From Theionarchaea archaeon (GTDB lineage: Archaea > Methanobacteriota_B > Thermococci > Methanofastidiosales > SZ-28-30): a stretch of 34,985 bases of DNA. The stretch is taken from NCBI GenBank assembly GCA_018992685.1, contig JACVGT010000035.1, forward strand, positions 1 through 34,985, given 5' to 3'. The translations under genes were made by a program, and so were the position numbers. Under the pieces are notes generated by a model. That model saw nothing but the letters and a program-made list of their open reading frames with translations. It was not told the origin of the DNA and searched no databases. This document shows positions 28,504 to 34,985 of this stretch, one piece after another (within the stretch, counting starts at the first letter, position 1; each line of letters begins with the position of its first letter).

Positions 28504-28551
28504 GTTTATCCTCAAGGAATTGTCTTAGATTGAACAGAAGGAGGCACTATC

Positions 28552-28923
28552 GTGGCTATGTCAAAAACTGAAGAACTGACTGCTCTTTTGAAGGATCTGG
28601 AAGCCACCACACCCGATATTGAAGCATCTGCTGTGGTTTCTGTGGATGGATTGATGATTGCGTCTGCTTTGCCTCGTGATGTAGAAGAAGACAGAGTAGC
28701 TGCCATGTCAGCAGCCATGCTTTCGTTGGGTGAGAGAACAGCGGCCGAGCTGGCCAGAGGAGGTCTCTCGGAGGTCTATGTCAAAGGAGAGAACGGATAT
28801 GTTGTCCTAATGGCTTCTGGTGAGAATGCTGTTCTCACAGCCCTAGCCCGGAAAGATGCAAAACTAGGATTAGTCTTCCTGGACATGAAAAGAACAGCAG
28901 AAGAGGTGGGCAGGATCATCTGA
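28552..28923 (+). CDS. Roadblock/LC7 (MglB-like) domain protein
   Basis: 99 of 102 core residues identical to the 8850 protein; RBS AAGGAGG. Confidence 0.92.
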   Translation: MAMSKTEELTALLKDLEATTPDIEASAVVSVDGLMIASALPRDVEEDRVAAMSAAMLSLGERTAAELARGGLSEVYVKGENGYVVLMASGENAVLTALARKDAKLGLVFLDMKRTAEEVGRII

Positions 28924-29165
28924 ACTCCTCCCGCAGAAAGTAGTTCTGGTGTTGAAAGGACGGGTGGTGATTTCGCAAGGAGATGGTTCTGGATTTCCTT
29001 ACGTGAAGGTTCTTGTTTTGATCAAGCATTCCTGAATTTCCATTTATTCCGATTTCTCTGTGATTAACTCCGGCAACACCTGGGCACTTTGGGGTCTGAG
29101 ACATCTCCCCTGAAGCAGCTCCTCATCCACAACAACCTTTAAAAGTGTACCAGGTATGGGCGAAC

Positions 29166-30698
29166 ATGGAAGAAGACTTCTCCAAGTTTGTCCATGGATT
29201 TTCTATTACCAGTGTAGGGATCTTTTACTCAGCAATCATGTTTTATGGAGGAGCCCTGGTAGCCGTTAACCTCTTAGGTCCAAAAGAGTACGGCGTGTAT
29301 TCCTTAGCCTTCATGATCCCCAATGTTCTCATCTTCTTTCTCTTGTTCGGATTAGACATTACAGCTGCTCGATACATTGCCCACCACTTGGGAAAGGATA
29401 GCAGAGAAAAAGCTTTAAAATGCGCTCAGACCATTTTTGTAGTGAGAATTCCCATTGCCTTCTTATCTATGATTGTGTTCTTCTTGCTGGCAGAACACCT
29501 GGCTCTAGTTCTCGGCCAGGATGTTGTTACCGGATTGAAACTGCTCTCAGCGTACATCTGTCTTTTTTTGATAGCACGATATCAGCTGGCAGTTCTCCAG
29601 GGATACTTTCTTCTGAAAGAACGCACGCTTGTGGAAGCTGTCACAAATACCCTGAACCTTGTGTTCTTAGTGCCTCTGGTATTTGCAGGATTTGGATATA
29701 TCTCTCCCATCTTATCGTTTCTGGGTGCATCTGCAGTGGGCATTGTACAGGCATGGTATTATCTCGAGCGGGCACATATTCCCGTCTTCAGAGTACAGTT
29801 TGAAGGTATCAAGGCTCTAAAGGAGTATCTGAAGTTCAGCTACTACGTGTACATATCTGATAGTTTTCATATATCATACGTATGGGTTGGAGCTGTGGTC
29901 ATTGCACTGTATGCTTTACCTGTGGAATTCGTGGGGTACTACAGGGCCATGTTTTCCGTCACAAGTACTGTGGTTCTGGTTTCATATGGGCTGACAATTG
30001 TCCTCTACCCCATGCTGAGTGAGCTCAATGCCAGAAAGGAATATGAGAGACTGGCTTTCAGTCTCAGAACAGTTATCAAGTATGCGTTGGGGATTTCTAT
30101 CCCTGCAGCCATGGGAATGCTTTTGCTTTCCAGGCCACTGGTGGCTTTTTTGTTTCCGCGGTATATTCCCGCTGTGAACTTACTGAGGATATTCTCGTTC
30201 CGAATGGTTTTTCTCCCCCTGTGGTCTATTCTGGCTACTGCTCTTCTGACTCTCGGAAGGGAGAAAAGGCAGTCCCAGTTCTCGGTGTTCCTGTGCAGTT
30301 CCAGTCTTGTGCTCAGTCTGATTCTGGGAGTTATCTCGTTAGAAGGAATAGCCCTGGCCAGCACGGTGGGACTGGCACTGGCAGTCTCTCTCCAGTACAG
30401 AGAACTCAAGAACCGGGTTGACAATCTCAATGCAGGCCCTGTCTGGAAAGTTGTCTTGTCCTCAGGAATCATGTGTGTGGTGATCTGTGGGATTCTCCAG
30501 CTGGATGTGCCGGATTATGTGAAAGTTTTTGCGTCATTATTCGGAGGAATTGTGGTATATGCTCTATGTATCCTAAGAATGAAAGCAGTAACTCCGGTAG
30601 ATATCCAGATAATGCACAGTGGAGTCTCTGTATTTGGCAGGGCGGGAAAGGTATTTGAAGTGTTCCTAAATCTTGCCGAGAGAATTCTCGGGATGTAG
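29166..30698 (+). CDS. Oligosaccharide flippase (Wzx/RfbX family)
   Basis: LGPKEYGVYSLA, FGLDITAARYIA, VGYYRA, LYPMLSEL. The track's GTG 29145 overlaps the TTTAAAAG box, so ATG 29166 is preferred. Confidence 0.88.
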   Translation: MEEDFSKFVHGFSITSVGIFYSAIMFYGGALVAVNLLGPKEYGVYSLAFMIPNVLIFFLLFGLDITAARYIAHHLGKDSREKALKCAQTIFVVRIPIAFLSMIVFFLLAEHLALVLGQDVVTGLKLLSAYICLFLIARYQLAVLQGYFLLKERTLVEAVTNTLNLVFLVPLVFAGFGYISPILSFLGASAVGIVQAWYYLERAHIPVFRVQFEGIKALKEYLKFSYYVYISDSFHISYVWVGAVVIALYALPVEFVGYYRAMFSVTSTVVLVSYGLTIVLYPMLSELNARKEYERLAFSLRTVIKYALGISIPAAMGMLLLSRPLVAFLFPRYIPAVNLLRIFSFRMVFLPLWSILATALLTLGREKRQSQFSVFLCSSSLVLSLILGVISLEGIALASTVGLALAVSLQYRELKNRVDNLNAGPVWKVVLSSGIMCVVICGILQLDVPDYVKVFASLFGGIVVYALCILRMKAVTPVDIQIMHSGVSVFGRAGKVFEVFLNLAERILGM

Positions 30699-30930
30699 AT
30701 GAATAATCGTTACTGAGTGGACGGCGAAAAAAGGAAATTACTCCCTTTTGGCTGCAACACTGAGGAACCCTGTATGCACATGTTGTGGTTGGACGATCCT
30801 CTTGGTGAATGGGTTCTTTCTGGGAGGTTCTCAGAAGGGATTGTGATTTTTGTCCCGAGTATTACACCACAGGCGCAGTTCTTCATGCAAATGGTCCTCG
30901 GACATGAATCCACTGCTCCACTGCAAAAAA

Positions 30931-32076
30931 CTAGCTCGAGAAGTTCTCTACTATTCTGACATACCCCTCCCGCGCTTTTTCCAGTTGCTTTATGGGGATT
31001 GCTTCATTTGGCTGGTGCGCCGTTCTCCAGTTCCCCGGTCCAAACCCCACAGTGGGGATGCCAGCCATACTTGACGTATAAACTCCATCTGTGCTGAAAT
31101 CCCAGATCAGCGTTCGTGTGTTGTCTGGAAGTGCTTTTCGAACCGCTGTGCATTGCTCCTCCGGAGTAATCCAGGCGGGAAAGAAATCTTTAACCTCAAG
31201 TACATTTCCAGTCCAGCAGATATGGGTTTCCTCCAGTATGGAAACGTTTCCATCTCTAATTTTCCTGCCATCGATCATTTGCCTCACTATTTTCTGGAGA
31301 GGGACAATGACGTCACTCTCCTTTTCATCCAATACAAGCCTTCTATCAAAAATGAGTTCGCAATAATCGGGTAATTGAGGAAGTCTTCTGGGAGAACATT
31401 CAACAGAGATCGGAGTGATGGTGGCTCTTCTCAGTCGAGGATGATCTGGAAGGAGTGGTTTCAGCAACTCAACCTTGTGAATATATTCTCCTGCACGTTC
31501 CAGCGTGTTTATTCCCTTGTGGGGCATGCTGGCATGTGCACTTCTCCCCCACAATTCCACCCGAATGAGACTTCTCCCTCGGTGGCCCACAGCCAGATCC
31601 AGCTCGGTGGGCTCTCCCAGCACAACAAGATCGGGAAAGAAGTTCAACACTTCCAGAGCCTTGTGAACAGCAGCCCCCTCAACAGTCTCCTCATGGACTA
31701 CAAATGCCAAGAGGATAGTTGCTGATCTCTCCTTCGTTGTGATATCTGGAATTGAAGAAATCATAGAAGCTAATCCCCCTTTCATATCCACTGACCCCCT
31801 TCCGTACACGTTCCCGCCAATAATCTCCCCAGAATATGGAGGATGCTCCCACAAGCTCAGAGTCCCTGGGGGGACGTGATCCATGTGTCCCTCTAGAAGC
31901 AGACAGCCATCCCCACTGCCCCTGATCAGAGCCAGAACATTTCCATATGCATCAATGGAAGCTGAATCGACTCCTGCATCCTGTACCAAGTCTCGTATCT
32001 TCTGAGCCACGTCTTTCTCCTCTCCAGAGAGACTCGGTATTCTGACCAGTTCTTGGGCAATCTTGGTAACATTCAT
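30931..32076 (-). CDS. M20 family metallohydrolase (ArgE/DapE/YgeY-like)
   Basis: GHMDHVP, GRGSVDMKGG, VHEE, GEPT, GHRGR, AHASMP, FSTDG, AHQPNE. ATG 32076 lies ~23 nt after a TTTTTAAA box. Confidence 0.9.
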   Translation of the reverse strand: MNVTKIAQELVRIPSLSGEEKDVAQKIRDLVQDAGVDSASIDAYGNVLALIRGSGDGCLLLEGHMDHVPPGTLSLWEHPPYSGEIIGGNVYGRGSVDMKGGLASMISSIPDITTKERSATILLAFVVHEETVEGAAVHKALEVLNFFPDLVVLGEPTELDLAVGHRGRSLIRVELWGRSAHASMPHKGINTLERAGEYIHKVELLKPLLPDHPRLRRATITPISVECSPRRLPQLPDYCELIFDRRLVLDEKESDVIVPLQKIVRQMIDGRKIRDGNVSILEETHICWTGNVLEVKDFFPAWITPEEQCTAVRKALPDNTRTLIWDFSTDGVYTSSMAGIPTVGFGPGNWRTAHQPNEAIPIKQLEKAREGYVRIVENFSS

Positions 32077-32169
32077 AACGTCTTCTTTTCTGGTCATCTT
32101 TAAAAATCTCTGCCTAGACTTGAGGTCTGGAACAACATGAGCAGACGACACTCCCCAGCAGAACAGCCT

Positions 32170-33006
32170 CTATTGACCTTTAGAGAGAGGATGCGCATTC
32201 TCGTAGATTTCCTTTTTATATTCATCCGTGACGTGCGTGTATATCTGGGTGGTGGACAGGCTGGCGTGTCCCAATAGATCTTTGATAACCATGATATTTG
32301 CCTGGTTTTGCAGTAAATGAGTGGCAAAGGTGTGCCTCAGTGTGTGAGGAGTAACCTTTTTCTTGATCCCGGCCCGTTTGGCATGCCGTTTCACCAGAAT
32401 CTCGACATATCGATCAGTTAGCCGTGTTCCTCTCCTGTTAACAAAGAGGGCAGGGTTGTCATCTTTCCTTTCGTTGACATAGTCTTCCAGGAGGGCACGT
32501 GTCCCGTCATCAACATAGACTATTCTATCCTTTTTTCCTTTCCCCGATTTCACCTGTACCCGGTGTCCTTCAATGGCGTCCTTGTCCAGAGAAACCAGTT
32601 CTGAAACTCTCAGCCCCGAGGCATAGAGCAGCCTGACAATTGCCAGGTCTCTCTTATTGAATATGGAATTCAACAGCAGTTCAATTTCTCCGAGATTCAG
32701 GAACGTGGGAAGCGTCTTGTCCACCTTGGGAAGCTGTATCTTATCTGCAGTGTCCATCTCGAACAGACGATAGAATGTCCTCAAAGCATTGATGTGCCTG
32801 TGGATACTTCGCAGACTGCATTCTTTCTCTCTCTGCAGAAAAAGCAGGAACTGCTTCAAATCCTGAGTGGTAACTCTTTTGAAATGTTTTCCACAAAACT
32901 CCAAAGCGCCCACTGTCGTTATGCGGTAAGCTTTTATCGTGTGCTTTGAATATCCTCGTAAAGCCAGATCCGTCATAAAGGATTGCACTGCTTCGTTGTT
33001 ATCCAT
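32170..33006 (-). CDS. xerA: Xer-family tyrosine recombinase (archaeal XerA-like)
   Basis: Intact R-K-H-R-H-Y catalytic set: SGLRVSEL, GKGKKDR, TPHTLRHTFATH, LLGHASLSTTQIYTHV; 278 aa. Confidence 0.85.
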   Translation of the reverse strand: MDNNEAVQSFMTDLALRGYSKHTIKAYRITTVGALEFCGKHFKRVTTQDLKQFLLFLQREKECSLRSIHRHINALRTFYRLFEMDTADKIQLPKVDKTLPTFLNLGEIELLLNSIFNKRDLAIVRLLYASGLRVSELVSLDKDAIEGHRVQVKSGKGKKDRIVYVDDGTRALLEDYVNERKDDNPALFVNRRGTRLTDRYVEILVKRHAKRAGIKKKVTPHTLRHTFATHLLQNQANIMVIKDLLGHASLSTTQIYTHVTDEYKKEIYENAHPLSKGQ

Positions 33007-33029
33007 TGTCAGTTAATGGTGTTGCAGCG

Positions 33030-33041
33030 TTATAAAGGTTT
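33030..33041 (-). promoter_or_regulatory. BRE-TATA promoter of xerA (leaderless)
   Basis: AAACCTTTATAA on the minus strand, ending ~24 nt before ATG 33006. Confidence 0.65.
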
Positions 33042-33366
33042 CGGTTGATACTTAGCGAGGGATAATTGGCAGCAACACGCTTCAGTGGGTGATTTCATGT
33101 TCCTGCGGATCACCCAACATTCAATTCCAACGGCTTAGCGCCACAGCGAAAAATCCTTGGAACCACACTCTAATTGAATCATACTGCTTTGATATTTAAT
33201 AAGATCTGGTTATTCGCTTAAATATGATAATTGACCTTTGTAAAGTAATGAAAGGAAGATTCAAATAAGCTGAGGAATTCAAGAGCCAGAAAGCTTAAAA
33301 AGGGGTCCCCCTCTTGTGAACGAAAGGTACTTATTTACCCTTAGACAAAAAGAATGGAGTGATCAA

Positions 33367-34985
33367 ATGGAAAAGAGGAGAGAAATGTTGGCGGTTATAG
33401 CGGTAGCCTGTATGCTTCTACAACTGCTTCCTATTACAAATGCAGGTACTTTGCAGCTTGTCAAAGGTTCCTGGGACATCATGGGACTGGACCACAACAA
33501 TGTCAACGATGGACCGAATCAATATGTCATTCAGATTCATGTCACCAATTCAGCAGGATCAACAGCACACAGCGTGACTGGTTCCTTGACATGGACATCT
33601 TCAAACACATTCATTAACCTAGCGCCAAATGAATCAGCCACAAAGTCTCTTGGAGACATTGCGACAGGGGTAACTGTGGATCTTTTCTATCTCATTGAAA
33701 TAACCCGGAATGCTAGTGCCTACAATACCACAAGGGACTATAGCATTGCTGTCCAGGGAACAGACACGGGGACAGCTGACATCATTACTGGAACGCTAGT
33801 CGTAGAACGACTGAGGTCTCAGGCCAGGAACGAAGTGCTATCCATGGTAGCATCCACCACAACTCCGTCAGTAGGTGATACCTTTACTGTCACTGTCCAC
33901 AGCCAGACGGGTGCAAAGAATTACAATATAGTCAATCTGCCTGTTTCAACCTATAATCCCCTTATTATCGAACCAGTGAGCGTTTCAGTCACCTGGGAGG
34001 AGCCCCCCAACCCTCCCGTGACCTCGGATAACGTGAGATTGGATCTCCCCAATGACGATGATTTCACCTCAGTGTGGACCTTCAGAGCACTATCTCCCGG
34101 CACATCAGGTATCAATTCCTACATCACGGATCAGAGTGGGGGCAGCTATCACTACAATGCAGATTATCCAGATACTGTTACTATCACCGTGAGAGGTGCT
34201 GCAGATTTGCGACTGGAAAAAACAGTCAATGATTCAACACCCAATATCGGCGATAATGTCATTTTCACTATTACCGTGTACAACGATGGACCGAACGATG
34301 CAACAAGTGTGTCTGTAGAGGATCTTCTCCCTGCAGGACTGAATTATGTCTCTTCTACTCCAAGCCAGGGTAGCTATGATAATGTGACTGGCATCTGGAC
34401 TATTGGTACTATTCCCAATGGAGGAAGTGCAACCTTACAGATTACGACGCAGGTCACGACAAGCGGCTCCATTAAGAACGTTGCCCAGATATATTCCAGT
34501 TTCGAGAGTGATCCTGATTCAACGCCCAACAATGATGATGGAGACCAGAGTGAAGATGATGAAGACTTTGAGACGATTACGGTGCCACCTTCAGCAGATC
34601 TGAGAATAGATAAAACGGTTAGTGACTCCACACCCAATCCAGGAGATACCATTACCTTCACCATTACGGTCTACAATGATGGACCAGATGCTGCCACCAA
34701 TTTGACGTTAGAAGATGTGATACCCAGTGGATTTGTCTACTCTGCAGGGACGATAGCAGGTGGAGATTCGAGAGACGATTCAGGTGCTCCTACCTTGACA
34801 TGGACCATTAACAGTCTGTCGAGTGGTAACAACGTGAGTCTGACCTTCCAGGTGGTAGTACAGGCCTCAGGTACCTACAAGAATGTGGCTCAAGTGACTG
34901 CATCTGACCAGTATGATCCAGATTCAACGCCCGATAATGATGATGGAGACCAGAGTGAAGATGATGAAGACTCAGAGACAGCTTC
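33367..34985 (+). CDS. Secreted/surface protein with DUF11 Ig-like repeats (5' part; runs off the window)
   Basis: GGAGTGA-N4-ATG; signal peptide MEKRREMLAVIAVACMLLQLLPITNA. Repeats ADLRLEKTV..FTITVYNDGP (from 34201) and ADLRIDKTV..FTITVYNDGP (from 34594). No stop before the window end, so absent from the ORF track. Confidence 0.9.
   Translation, partial: MEKRREMLAVIAVACMLLQLLPITNAGTLQLVKGSWDIMGLDHNNVNDGPNQYVIQIHVTNSAGSTAHSVTGSLTWTSSNTFINLAPNESATKSLGDIATGVTVDLFYLIEITRNASAYNTTRDYSIAVQGTDTGTADIITGTLVVERLRSQARNEVLSMVASTTTPSVGDTFTVTVHSQTGAKNYNIVNLPVSTYNPLIIEPVSVSVTWEEPPNPPVTSDNVRLDLPNDDDFTSVWTFRALSPGTSGINSYITDQSGGSYHYNADYPDTVTITVRGAADLRLEKTVNDSTPNIGDNVIFTITVYNDGPNDATSVSVEDLLPAGLNYVSSTPSQGSYDNVTGIWTIGTIPNGGSATLQITTQVTTSGSIKNVAQIYSSFESDPDSTPNNDDGDQSEDDEDFETITVPPSADLRIDKTVSDSTPNPGDTITFTITVYNDGPDAATNLTLEDVIPSGFVYSAGTIAGGDSRDDSGAPTLTWTINSLSSGNNVSLTFQVVVQASGTYKNVAQVTASDQYDPDSTPDNDDGDQSEDDEDSETA
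34516..34972 (+). repeat. 52-nt intragenic direct repeat
   Basis: 34516-34567 and 34921-34972 are 50/52 identical, encoding DSTP(N/D)NDDGDQSEDDED. Confidence 0.9.

Noticed and set aside
32170-33006. Tyrosine recombinase as the integrase of a provirus or island
   Set aside because: Size and motifs fit housekeeping XerA; no adjacent tRNA, att repeat or viral/plasmid genes are visible.
33192-33222. dif-like site next to xerA (ATAA-GATCTGG-TTAT)
   Set aside because: The spacer is 7 nt rather than 6 and the outer arms do not form the usual 11-bp dyad, so it is not called as dif.
1-34985. CRISPR array, tRNA or rRNA genes
   Set aside because: No regularly spaced repeat-spacer series or cloverleaf/rRNA signatures were seen by eye; a tRNAscan/Infernal run would be needed to exclude atypical ones.

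Overview
Archaeal chromosomal window. The evidence for this is BRE/TATA-type promoters (often ~20-25 nt before a leaderless ATG), GGTGA-N4-start ribosome sites, a DUF835 domain and xerA. The gene content is reminiscent of Theionarchaea/Thermococci-related lineages, which is inference only. From left to right it holds: the right end of an IS481-family element; a surface-glycan locus (GT-C, flippase, two GT4, methyltransferase, acyltransferase, epimerase); a Roadblock/LC7 + V4R pair; an AttH/CrtC-like protein; a kinase-less pseudo-REC-PAS-PAS-GAF-GAF-DUF835 sensor; a Na/K-ATPase-like P-type pump; an AKR-4Fe4S protein; a candidate two-hairpin small RNA; a degenerate Roadblock + second V4R pair; MFS and MATE transporters; small enzymes, including a flavodoxin that appears to start at ATA; a divergent Roadblock-like gene plus a near-identical Roadblock paralog behind a structured leader; a second flippase; an M20 hydrolase; xerA; and the 5' part of a secreted DUF11-repeat protein missed by the ORF track. 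The most notable theme is a dispersed Roadblock/V4R/DUF835 signalling set with no GTPase or kinase in the window, together with two candidate structured RNAs. No tRNA, rRNA or CRISPR array was seen. Family calls come from motif recognition by eye, not from database searches.
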